The notes under the pieces were generated by a model, which was not told the origin of the DNA, made no database searches, and saw nothing but the letters and a program-made list of their open reading frames with translations. Positions 1 through 10,885 of a stretch of DNA of 64,000 bases are shown here, piece after piece. A program made the position numbers and the translations under genes. Numbering within the stretch: the stretch's first letter is position 1; the number at the start of each line of letters is the position of its first letter. Source of the DNA: Parasitella parasitica NRRL 2501 (lineage: Eukaryota > Fungi > Mucoromycota); assembly GCA_025201805.1 (NCBI GenBank), contig MU619307.1, positions 76,268 through 140,267 of the forward strand, in the 5' to 3' direction.

Positions 1-2139
1 TGTGCTCTAGGACAGCGACAGCCATGAATTCTAAAAACCTGCGGCCATATTGAGTAGGTTTGACAGCAGAGATAGCATTTTTATCCTGTGTCAATGACTT
101 GTAGACATGCTCAGATTTCTTCTTCATATCATAGGGAGTCAAAATGTCAATGATACCCAGTGAATACAGCACGGGCAAAGACCTGTCTAGTTCATCTGTT
201 CCTTGGAGGCCGCCTTCATCAGCATAAAATACACAATTGCGGCGTCTACGTTGGATGTATACGATTAGATTAAGCAGTAGTCAACAGAAAAAAAAAAAAA
301 AAAAAGACTTACTCTTGGGTTTCTTCTGGTAGTTTAGAAACGTCTAGCTTGTCTGGATTGGCCTCAGCAATAGCTTTACGGACTACTTGGGCTTTGCTCT
401 TCCTGCGATTCATCAAAGTGTTCCTGCGCTGCACTGATTTGGTATCTGGTTGAAATGATTGGAGTGTAGTGTCACGAATACCATCCTTATTTCCGCGCAA
501 CATATCATGCACGCCTATAAGCAGACTATAGTCCATGATGTTTAATTGCGATAGAAGCTACGGCGATATTTAGTAAGATGAATACTTTGTATGAAGCAAA
601 CTTACTGTAACATCACGAATAAGCTGTCCGATGAATAGCTTCCTCTTTTGAGGGCCCAGCTTGAGTTTGCGTTGTCTCTTTTCCCAGTTGAGATCTTTCA
701 TCACTGCAAACGGATTTCTGCGGATCTCTTCTTCCGGCAAGAGTCTTCCTAAAGTGGAGCCCTAGGTGTTCAAACAAATAAACAAACATGCACATTACAA
801 TTAAATTTAGACTTGCTAGTACAACGTACCTTCAAGTCGTAAGTTTCATGGATGTCTTTGCTTGGAGGGAATACGTTGCTCATGACAACAAAGTGAATCT
901 TTCTCCCGTGAGGTAGCTTGACTCTGTGTAAGCCATAGTATCTGCACAAAAGAGTGCTTGGATTATCAACGATATGCTAAGCAGCACATTTTAGTGCCAA
1001 TCTTTAAAAACATGATCTATACGATTCTTACCTGATGGTATTCCTTCAAGATCTTCCTCATGAATTTATGCTCTGTATAATGAATGGTCTTGATGATAAA
1101 ACGATAGTCTTTGGAGTAGTAGAAAAAGCTACCGCTTTTACCAGGAGAGCCTAATTCAGACAGGATATATTTGCTAGTCAGCGAGATCTAGTTGAATCAA
1201 TAATGAATCACAGCGACCTTATTTAACCGAAATGCCATAGCTTACCAGATAGTCTGCGGGATCAACACCAAATTTCTCTCTTAAATTTCGAAAAACCCAC
1301 GGAGCATAGTCTTTAAACTTGAAGTCGTATTTGGCACCAGGCGTGAGCTCGTCGCCTATAACGTCAAAGGCTAATTTGTGCGCAGCCACATAATCTTCAT
1401 CTGTAATGGGTCGATCAATCTTGGCTGTTACTCTACTGACGGCAATACGGATGCCGGTCAACATGTTGTACATTAATACATAGTTTTGATGGCCCTCTGA
1501 AATACGAGTTCCGATAAGAACTCGATCATCATCTGGGTCCTCATTAGTCGGCGCAGCATTTGCTGCATCCATCAAACGAGATAGACGTCTAAATGTCTTT
1601 CTTCTGGCAGAAAGCTCCTTTTGAAACTCTTCAGAACGGCGCATAAGGTCAAGCCTTTCCATATCAGCCATACGTTGTCTAGCGGATTTAAGTGCATGAC
1701 CTGTTGTATGATGTCTTCCAAGGGAAACGATGCTGGGGCTGGCGGATATATTCGACGTTGTTTCAGGAACATTCTCGTCTATTGTGTGCGCAGAGGAGAG
1801 GGTCGAGTGACGCTTTAAAAGGGTTTGATCAAATTCGTTTTCCATGTAGCGACGCTGAAATTCTGGAGTAGCAGAAGGTGTTGGTGGCAGAATGTCTATG
1901 TTATGTTTAATGTATGGTGCGGTGTATGACCTTTTTTCGTTGAAGCTTGCGCCTGCAGAGGAAGCAGGCGAAGAAGGCGGGGATAGTTCCAATGGTTCCT
2001 CATGGTACTCCATACTCTGCAATGAACGTTTGTTTGTTGCAGCAGTCGGGTGTATGGGGTATGATTCGTTGTTTTCTATTCTTTCAGTCTTGTTCCAGTC
2101 GATTATTATGCTATTATTAGTGGTATCGATATAGCTCAT
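1..2139 (-). CDS. MSS4: Phosphatidylinositol-4-phosphate 5-kinase (Mss4/Its3 type), multi-exon, 3' end beyond the left window edge
   Basis: Spliced translation gives PIP5K motifs [57 protein letters not shown] and [12 protein letters not shown]. Likely ATG at 2139, preceded by a probable 5'UTR intron (about 2143-2240). Confidence 0.93.
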
Positions 2140-2721
2140 TATCTGTATCGTAAAAAGAAAAGAAGGGGAAGAAAAGGCATAAAGAAAAGAAAGGCTTGTC
2201 CCTTTTATACAGTTACGAATTAGTTTCTTGAACCACATACTTGTTTGAGACTGAGCTGCACGTGGTGTACCTGGTGCAATCGCCTAGGGTAGTTTTATGT
2301 ACTAAATTTGCCACTAGCGCTTTTGCATTAGACTGTACATGACAATGATGTATATTCATATATATACAAACTGTACCAATAGGCATATTGTTTTTTAGTA
2401 GCTACGATATAACAATGTATCAAATGTACCCTGAGCAGCTGAAAAAAAAAAACTATTTATAAATCATTTGAAGCTACTTCTGTATTGTGAGACGCACATT
2501 ATTACAGTAGGTAGTTTTAATGACGTAAAGCTTAGCATCCCTACTCTTTTTGTTCATACATTCTCCAAAGGTGTTGAACCTCGCAGAAATTCAAGCTGCT
2601 GCAAGGATGACTCGAATAATGGCAGGTGAAACAAAAATAAACCATAAAAAGCCTTTTTTTTTTTTTTCGCATGAATTGTTTAACTTTTACTTTTTCTTTT
2701 TTTCACGTAAAAGGATAGAAA

Positions 2722-3498
2722 ATGGAGCTCAAAGGTTCATGCCATTGCGAAAAAGTATCGTTCAAAGTATTGTCTCATACCCCTGCGCCGGTAAGTAGCT
2801 GGATGTGAGCATTGAACAGCAGTGCTCAACTCGTCATTCTACATAGTTTATGAGATGCTACTGGTAAGTTTGCTTGCACAGATAGATATTGAGGCTTGAC
2901 ACGGTATAGTTCCATTTGTCGAAAATGCCAAGGAGGAGGAGGCTATGCTATCAATATTATGGGACAGGTATGTACGGGTTATCTTATTACATTGCAAAGT
3001 GAAGCAACTGAGCAGCGGTATAGTACGACACTTTGGTGGTAAATGGGAAAGAGTTTGTAAAGTAAGTTTTGGTGCATCGCATCAGTCATATGCATGGCTA
3101 TATTCCCAATGATTTAATATAATTCATTGCAGAGAATATCAAGCATTGAGAGACAAGAAAACACAAGAGCTGTGGTAAATCTATATTCTGAGAGCTGGCA
3201 TTACTCGAAACACCCTAACAAATTTATTAGTGGAAACGTCAGATATTTCTGCAGCGAATGCGGCTCTCACTTATACGCTTATGACAAACAGTGGAGTAAC
3301 TTTGTTTACCCTTTTGCCTCTGCCATAGATACGCCTTTGCCAGAGTTGGAATATGAGCATGTCTATCATATCATGCTTGATTCAAAAGCTGAATGGGTAG
3401 AAGCACCTGAAGCTGATAAAAATCATCATGCATTCCGTCAGTATCCTGATTGTTCTTTAGAGGATTGGCATAAAGACAATGGTCGTTACATTCAATAA
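2722..3498 (+). CDS. Gfa/CENP-V family Zn-binding protein, 6 exons, about 163 aa
   Basis: Spliced: MELKGSCHC...FMRCYCSICRKCQGGGGYAINIMG...RYFCSECGSHLY...HIMLDSKAEW. Five GT-AG introns, including a 17-nt exon at 2847-2863. Confidence 0.88.
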
Positions 3499-4945
3499 AA
3501 TTTTTGGCTCAAGATGCTTGAGTCTATCACAGTAATACCATCGTATACAGTTTTAAAGTGCAGTAGTAAGCTATTCATAATTCCAACCTTTTAACCATTG
3601 GTCTAGCTATTTTTTTTATTAAACAGATGTTACAAACGAGACCATGTGTACTTTTATCTCTGCAAAACTGGGCTCGAGTTTGCGTCAAGAGGAGGAGAGA
3701 ACTGTCTTCACCATACAAACATAGTGAGTATGTCTCGGCAAGTTATAATCTGATTTAAAAGCCGCTCAATTTACAAAAAGCTGAAGCAAACCATGAATTT
3801 GTAATGATCAAAAAGTTAAGCAAAATTTGGCTCTCTTAACAAGGTGAAATTTCTTCTGTGATTTTGAGATAATGTTAGAATACCACAAGCGCAATAAAAT
3901 CATGATAACCAGAGACTGAGAAGAGAAGGTATGGCTAGTAGTACCACCTAGGAATTCCTAATTGAAGTCATGAAGCGTATCAATACGCAACACGGATTCA
4001 AACACATCACCATATTCCATAAACAAAAAATGGCAATGGATAAACGGAGACTTAGGATAGATAATACTAAGCGTATATCGATCTTTTAATATTTTCTAAA
4101 TGATGTGCAAATTATAAAGCCTGGAAGAAAATGAGAAATAAAGATCATACCTGTCAACATGCTTTTGAATTCATTCTATTCACTCATCCAAGCAGTATAG
4201 ACAGTAGGGTTGTTCCCGTATTCTCATTGAGCTTGACAATTTTGCGCGCAAAAATTGAGGACCCTTAAACACACCAACTATGGCAAGGACATCGCTGCAA
4301 CAGCTTTATTCACAGCCAATAAACTTGACAGTGTAGGCATGCGTAACATATTAAGCACACCTTAGATGTATCCCTCAGCGACATTTCTCCATGTCAAGCC
4401 ATGAACATTTTTATACATCGCATTTGTTAAGAAAAGATCGCAAGATTTGGTATTTCATGGAAAAATCTTTCGAGTTTCAGGACAATCGTTCGAATAGCCC
4501 CATATTGAATATATCAAACCGAGCAAATGGATTCTTTATTTTCCCTGCCAGCAAGGTCGTAGAGCGATTGAAATCAATCATTGGCCCATGGCTCGTTGGA
4601 AAAAAAAAATCAAGGTACCAGAGTCCCCTTGAAAATGATTACGTCGAAAAAACTCTAACTGGATACGTTTATCGACAATGTTGCCCTGCGATGTGAAAGC
4701 ACACAAATTAGATTCACATAATACTTTAAACGTTGGAAAACATAGCAAATCATAATCAACTTGCCAAGATTTGGCCGACAAAAAAGTTCTAGATTTATTT
4801 GAAAAGAGGTACCTGTCCCATTCAGCATCTGAAAGTTAACAAACCAGAATCCATCAGTCCAGGAACATGGCGAATGATTGTCTACAGGGAAAAGGGATTT
4901 CTGTCAAAGGAACGCTGCGTTGAAATGTTTCACTCGTCAGATCTC

Positions 4946-4952
4946 TATAAAA
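4946..4952 (+). promoter_or_regulatory. Probable TATA box of the thaumatin-like gene
   Basis: TATAAAA about 70 bp upstream of ATG 5019. Confidence 0.5.
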
Positions 4953-5018
4953 AGAGGTTGATGAATTCATGTTCTCCAAATAAAATCATCTTTTTTTCTT
5001 TATACATCTACACAGACA

Positions 5019-5696
5019 ATGGTCAAGCTTATTACCCTTATCTCTGCTCTTGCTGGCATGAGCACTGCCGTCTTTGCTGCACCTACCTCTGGTATCACTA
5101 TCACCGTTAAGAATAGCTGTTCCAAATCCATCCAAGTCAATCAGCTGACCAACAATGTGGGTGATGCCAAATCAGCCACCTTAGCTGCTGGAAGCTCAAC
5201 TTCTATCAACGTTGATTCCACCTGGGGTGGCCGTATCTGGGCTAGAGAAGGTTGCTCAGGTTCTTCCGATTGTCATTCCGGACAAGCCGCTTCTCTTGCT
5301 GAATTCCTTTTATCTGGTGCTTCTGGTAAAGACTACTATGATGTTTCCTTTGTAGATGGCTTCAACTTGCCTATCTCTATTGCTCCCAACAGTGGTACTG
5401 CTAACGGCTATGATTGTGGCGCTCCTGCCTGTGATTCTTTACCTTCCTGTCCTTCCGATCTTCAACAAAAGGATGCTAGTGGTAACGTTATCGGCTGTAA
5501 ATCTGCCTGTGCTGCCTACGGTACTGACGAATACTGCTGTACTGGTGCTTACGCTGGTCGTGGCGATTGCGGTACCAACAGTTTTGCCACTGCCGTCAAG
5601 GCTGTCTGCCCTAATGTCTATACCTATGCTCACGATGACTCTACTTCCATGTACGCATGTTCTCCTGCTAGCGGCTACACTGTTACTTTCTGTTAA
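5019..5696 (+). CDS. Secreted thaumatin-like protein (PR-5 family), intronless
   Basis: Signal peptide; motifs WGGRIWAREGC, SLAEF, DYYDVSFVDGFNLPI, CKSAC, EYCCTG, CPNVYTYAHDD and YTVTFC. Confidence 0.95.
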   Translation: MVKLITLISALAGMSTAVFAAPTSGITITVKNSCSKSIQVNQLTNNVGDAKSATLAAGSSTSINVDSTWGGRIWAREGCSGSSDCHSGQAASLAEFLLSGASGKDYYDVSFVDGFNLPISIAPNSGTANGYDCGAPACDSLPSCPSDLQQKDASGNVIGCKSACAAYGTDEYCCTGAYAGRGDCGTNSFATAVKAVCPNVYTYAHDDSTSMYACSPASGYTVTFC

Positions 5697-6089
5697 TTTG
5701 TCCTTTCTTGGTTCACCAAGGGCTAGATGAGCAGCATAAAAGTTGTTCTTTTTTTTTTTGCTTTGCTTTGCTTTATCTTACCCTACCTTTTGTACTATTT
5801 ATTGGGTCACCACAATTTTGACTATAGACTTTAGACTTTAGACTTTACATTTCATTTCGATAATGAAAAACAAATAGAAATAAAATACCCTTTTTTTTAT
5901 AGATTAAAACCGTTTGTTTCCAGCATTCTCATCATCTTTTTTTTTTTTTTTCTGCTCCTTCCAGGCATATTTCACTTTTCCCTTACCAATGCAAACCTGA
6001 TGTGAGTTGTATGTAATTGCCTTATATGGGAGTTTAAATATTTACTGTAAAACTATGTTTAAAAATATAGAAAATTGAATACCGGACCA

Positions 6090-7084
6090 CCGGCGCAGCC
6101 GGCAATGGGGAGACCAAGGATCTAAGTCATGAAGTTTTTGACATTTACTTTCTTCTACTATCAATATGCCTCCTGTTCAGATAGAAATTGCACAAGCTGC
6201 AAAATTGCTCTTCCTGAAACCACTTCATTCCGAAAACGTGATTCATGTCGTGTAAATAAAAATTGTTTGCCGAATAAAACTGTGAATTGAGCAAAGTTTT
6301 TTTTTTTTTCAGGAACGTGCCCGAAACTACGCCAGACACAGAGCTGCGTCAAGGCCGACAGCACCCAGAGCACCCAGAGCACCCGCAGCTTTTGTTTCTG
6401 AATTGGCATGAATGCGAAACTCTGATCTGGGGACGATGAATGTTGAATGTGATGGCTGTGGTGCCTTGCATTGGGAAGCAGAAAGAGCTACCAATCACGA
6501 GAAACGACAATCGCTTCTATGCTTGCTGTAAAAAAGGAAAGGCTTTATTGCCCTTATTACGAGAACCGCCTAAGCCTTTGAATGGATTGATCAACGGAAG
6601 TCATCCACGCTCAGCGCATTTCTTGCAGCATATGAGACAGTACAACACTTTGTTTGTGTTTACCTCATTTGGTACTGACGCCACCCCTGAGCAACTTCAA
6701 CGAGAGAGACAAGAAGAAATCAGAGGTGGAATCACTCCAGTTCGTGTTCGTCCAAATATACAAGCACGCTCATGAAATTTTGAGCGAGGAAGAGGAGCGA
6801 CAAGCCCAAAATGGTATCAACGAGGATGCTCACATCAGGCTCAATCTTCAGATGCGAATGGGGTTAATTGTTGGTGAAGACAGACGCACCCAAAATCTGC
6901 CAACTGTCAACGAGGTTGCGGCTATTATACCCAACGAATATGCTGACAGGAGTTTCAGAGCTATTTTGATTACATATCGAGATAGCTCCTCCTCCAGTGC
7001 TCAGGGTCTTTGCAAAAGAATTAATGAAACGCATGCTGCCCACATGCCCCTTCATTATGTCTTGCTTTTCCCTAGAGGCGAATA
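6090..7084 (+). mobile_element. Degenerate Helitron RepHel 5' fragment (stop, frameshifts, internal deletion, truncated)
   Basis: Across frames: LGTMNVECDGCGALHWEAE...FYACCKKGKALLP...HFLQHMRQYNTLFVFTSFG...NLPTVNEVAAII...HMPLHYVLLFPRGEY, typical of the Helitron N-terminal region. GC hairpin CCGGC-GCA-GCCGG at 6090-6102. Confidence 0.85.
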
Positions 7085-7130
7085 TCCAGTAGAGGGGGGG
7101 GGGGGGTTCAAGGGGGATACCTCCCCCTGA
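7085..7130. other. Junction sequence: G13 tract plus 7-bp-stem hairpin, probable terminus of an inserted element
   Basis: TCCAGTAGA-G13-TTCA-AGGGGGA-TACC-TCCCCCT starts exactly where Helitron similarity (LLFPRGEY) stops. Confidence 0.55.
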
Positions 7131-7194
7131 CTATTATGTAAACTTCTCCATTATCAATGCTTGATTGCTTGATTTAACTAAATTTTTATTGTAG

Positions 7195-8323
7195 TGTAAA
7201 TTATATCTTCCTGCAGGGCGACGCCGTCATCGAGCGTAGCGAGATCAAACGGCTAGTACAGAAAATACCGAGAATCTCAGCAATTAAGCTTAGTTGAAGA
7301 AGTCGGAAAAAGAAAGAGATTTGAATTAAGTACGTTGAGTACGTTGAAAAGAACGACTTACTTTTCTCTAACTTTTGGTTTTCTTTTAGAAACAGATGCA
7401 CAACTAAAGCTTTTTTTAAATGAAGTGTTTTGCTATGAAGATCCTAATAATTCCAAGGCCTACAAAATTAAATCGGTTGCAACAAAGGAAATATTTGAAA
7501 CTATCCAACTATATACATCTCTCTTCAATCAACGAACTGTGCAGGCTTTTGCAAAGTGGTGCTCACTCCACAGCGTATCATTTTTAAAAGCAAAGCCAGA
7601 CACAAATTCAAATAGTAGAAAAAGACAGCTTTATATATTAGATGATACTTATTATGGTAAGCCTAAGCAATAGTATAAGCGAAATACATAACAAACATGC
7701 TTCTCTATAGACAATTTGTTGGAAGAAATATGCAGTTATTTGCCAAGATACAAAGCATCCATTTTAATTTGAAAAAAAATAATTACGAAATCATCGGCTT
7801 TGTCCGCAATTCCCCATCTGACGTGGATCCAGAAACAAGGCTGAAACTCTTACAAAAAATGGTTGACAATCTGCTTGACCGTTCCCTTGTTGATAAAGTT
7901 TACGTTTCAGTATCTAGTCTTGCAGCTTTGCCGTTTAACGAAAGGGACTTGAATAAAACTGACGAAATTATGAAAAAACTCAAACATGTAACTGGAAATA
8001 CTCCAGGTAAAGCAATACTACAGCATATAGACTGAAAACCCCATCACTAACTTTCTATTTGATTCACGATAGATATGTTAGAGTATCTTCAAACTATTGA
8101 TCATAATATTTGTTTGGCTTCGATCGACTTTGCTGGGATTTCTTCACGCTCCCATGTCGTAAAAGATTTGATGGAAGAGTGCCCTGTTATAAAGAAAATA
8201 GCTATTGAAACTTTTATTTCTGATAACGAAATTCTTCTTCTGGACTCTCAACTTCTGTTGTCAGATAATCAACTACTTGAAAAATTTGATTGTAGAATAA
8301 AGCTAATTCAACGATCAAAATAA
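7195..8323 (+). pseudogene. Intron-containing gene with a C-terminal serine-recombinase/resolvase-like domain, disabled copy
   Basis: Introns 7657-7710 and 8007-8072 (branch CACTAAC) join the ORFs: YEIIGFVRNSP...LLQKMVDNLLDRSLVDKVYVSVSS...FNERD...GNTPDMLEYL...ICLASIDFAGISSR. Stops at 7295 and 7322; frameshifts near 7411-7417 and about 7765. Confidence 0.6.
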
Positions 8324-8335
8324 TGGAATAATATA

Positions 8336-9159
8336 CAGGATTTCGCATTCAAAAAGATGAAAATCGATAGTTTTTGGTGAAAGTCACCTTTGAAAAAACA
8401 GAAATTCCCCACAATTAAAAGCAGAAAAGAGTTTGTGGAGAATTTGCAGCAGCTTGGCATCTCATACAAAACAAATTGCAACTTTTTCGATGAGGCAGGC
8501 TTCAATGCCAACTTGATTCGAGGAAAAGGATGGTCAAAGAAAGGAGAAGATGCTGTTGTAAGGACCAAGACAAAAAGAGCAATCAATATTTCTGTTCTGG
8601 CTGGAATTTCTTACAATGGTATCGAAGATGTATTCGTGAAGCAAGTTCCTGGAGGCACTACCGCCGAGGTCTTCATTGATTTTATCAAACAAATCATTGC
8701 AAGTATTGACAGCGACAATGCTCCTCCGCATTATTTCATAATGGATAATGCTAGAATTCACACGGCTCCCAAGGTGAGGAAGTATATTGAGAGTACTCGC
8801 CACCATGTCCATTTTTTGCCCGCCTATAGTCCATTCCTCAATCCAATTGAGGAGTGCTTTTCTAAGCTAAAAGGACTCGTTAAAAGAAAGCCTGGGCTCA
8901 CAACAGCAGAGCTGGTAAAATACATTGGAGAATGCAGCCACAAAATAGCTCAAGAAAGCTGCCATGGTTGGGTTGAGCATTGTATAAGTTTTTTCCCTAA
9001 ATGCGCAACAGAAGAAGAGATTTACTGAAACAATAAAATCATCAGTCAAGACTTTCTTCTTTTCAAAATTTATTGATTTTCATGCGAAATCTGTATATCA
9101 CTTTCATCATTTTAAGTTTAGACTTTCTTCTTTTTCATCTTTTTGAATGCGAAATCCTG
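8336..9159 (+). mobile_element. Internally deleted Tc1/IS630-family DNA transposon, 824 bp
   Basis: Perfect 28-bp TIRs CAGGATTTCGCATTCAAAAAGATGAAAA (8336-8363 and 9132-9159), flanked by TA at 8334-8335 and 9160-9161. Confidence 0.93.
8390..9028 (+). CDS. Tc1/IS630 DD34E transposase catalytic domain only (no HTH, no ATG start)
   Basis: FFDEAGF...IMDNARIH...FLPAYSPFLNPIEE; 34 residues between the second D and the E; frame open. Confidence 0.9.
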   Translation: MKKQKFPTIKSRKEFVENLQQLGISYKTNCNFFDEAGFNANLIRGKGWSKKGEDAVVRTKTKRAINISVLAGISYNGIEDVFVKQVPGGTTAEVFIDFIKQIIASIDSDNAPPHYFIMDNARIHTAPKVRKYIESTRHHVHFLPAYSPFLNPIEECFSKLKGLVKRKPGLTTAELVKYIGECSHKIAQESCHGWVEHCISFFPKCATEEEIY

Positions 9160-10314
9160 TATCAACTCAGTGAGTAACCTAGAACAGTCCCTGATGCTTC
9201 ACGACACTAGAACACTGCTATCTATAACTATTAAACTAAATTTTAGTAGGCCTCCTGACTCTAGATAAAGAGTGGACTATAGTAAGACTTAGAGAGGATG
9301 ACATATGTCAATATTTCATAAAAGCAACAAGGTATTAGTTAAGCAGTAGTCTATTTCTAGTATCTAAATATGATAAAGAACATTTACTTCCAGAAATCAA
9401 AGACGTAATAGCAATAGGAAACTGTTTCTATCATTATTTTGTTTCTCTTTCTTGTCGTAAAATACAAGATAAATTCAGACGATAAAGAATCGAAAGTAGT
9501 TCTATAACAAAATTAAGGAATGGGAATATTAGCTGGATACAAACAATATAGATGAGGGCATTCACGAATCTTCCTTTTTGCCACTAAGATTGGTTGCCTT
9601 GGATAGTAAGACGGATGAAATAAGACGGATGGTTAAAAATGTTCAATTGGCGGAATTTTTTATTTACACCCCCTGATTTTTGTATTTTCAAACCCGAAGC
9701 ACTGTATGTTTTGTCTCTTCCCTTTTCTTTTTCATTTTTCCCTTCTTGTTCCTTAAGAAGGTCTTTATTCTTTTTCACTTCATAACTGGCTCGGGAAATA
9801 TTGCACAACTCGTTGCTACATACTCACTGCCAAAAAAAAAAAAACTAAGAATTTAACCGTATGTTTAGAAAGTGACCAATTGACGGCGGAAATAAGTAGA
9901 AGTAAAATAGAATCTCTTTGATTAGTAGAAAACTTTTAGTGGAGAAAGGCATGTTTCAACTATCTTTGTTACTTATAGTTGTCATAAGCATAAAAGCTTT
10001 TAGTGAGATCAGTTATGAAAGCATAGAAGCCCCGAAAATCTTTTGATTTTGAATGATACGGGATACATCCAAGTAAACGAGGTCTATTCAGTTTCGGTAC
10101 CGAATGTATATTAAAATAAACATATTTTTGAGATTGGGCCCCATTCCTGCATTGAAATTTAGTCTTGCAATTTTTTGCTTTATGCTTGACAGCTGGAGAG
10201 CAGCAATTGAATAGCAACAGGCATCAACATTCTTGTGCTAGATGCAATGAAAATCAGCGCATTGGCATTTGTTATTAACATTCCTTTTTTCTTTTATACT
10301 TTTTGCAATTGGAC

Positions 10315-10578
10315 ATGAATTCTGATACCATCAAGGCTGACCAAGATGTTACTGGCAGGATCGATAATGATAGCTCGACACTAAACACTAGTAAAGTCAA
10401 GAGCCTACGGTACTGCTCACTCTTCTTGAAGCTGGCTGGACTCTTTATCATCGTGGGCGTTGTATTACTTTTTGCTTTCTTACCAAACTACATTCAAAGT
10501 AAGAATATAGACAACAACTACTCTACGGGTGCAACAGATCCCACAAATGCCATATTGCCAGGAGGTGGAGGAGGTTGA
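10315..10578 (+). CDS. Putative small single-pass membrane protein (87 aa), unknown function
   Basis: ATG after a pyrimidine-rich leader; hydrophobic stretch LFLKLAGLFIIVGVVLLFAFLP; no recognisable family. Confidence 0.35.
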   Translation: MNSDTIKADQDVTGRIDNDSSTLNTSKVKSLRYCSLFLKLAGLFIIVGVVLLFAFLPNYIQSKNIDNNYSTGATDPTNAILPGGGGG

Positions 10579-10885
10579 TACGACGCTGCTGAGAATGCTT
10601 TCTTGTCACAAGCAGCCGGGGGATTTTTCTTGTCCCAAGGCCCTACATGTGCATACATTTCATCACTTGCACTGCCATCTACAAATACCATCAAAAGAAC
10701 AAGAGCATCGCTTTAGGACTCCGTTTTGTTGATTTTTTCCCTGTTTCTCCAACATCATCTTTTTCCTTTTTCCTTCTACTTCTCTCTCACTTTCATTCCT
10801 TTTTTAGTATCGTTACTATTATTAAACCTATTTATCTACAAGCAAACGTATCTGCACATAAACGAAATAAAGCCATAAAGAGAGA

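Noticed and set aside
1-3498. MSS4 next to an 'Mss4-like' fold (Gfa) gene
   Set aside because: Name coincidence: the Mss4-like fold refers to the unrelated mammalian Rab-interacting protein.
7085-9600. IS607/Fanzor (TnpB) element
   Set aside because: No RuvC or Zn-finger TnpB/Fanzor ORF is recognisable near the resolvase-like gene in this window.
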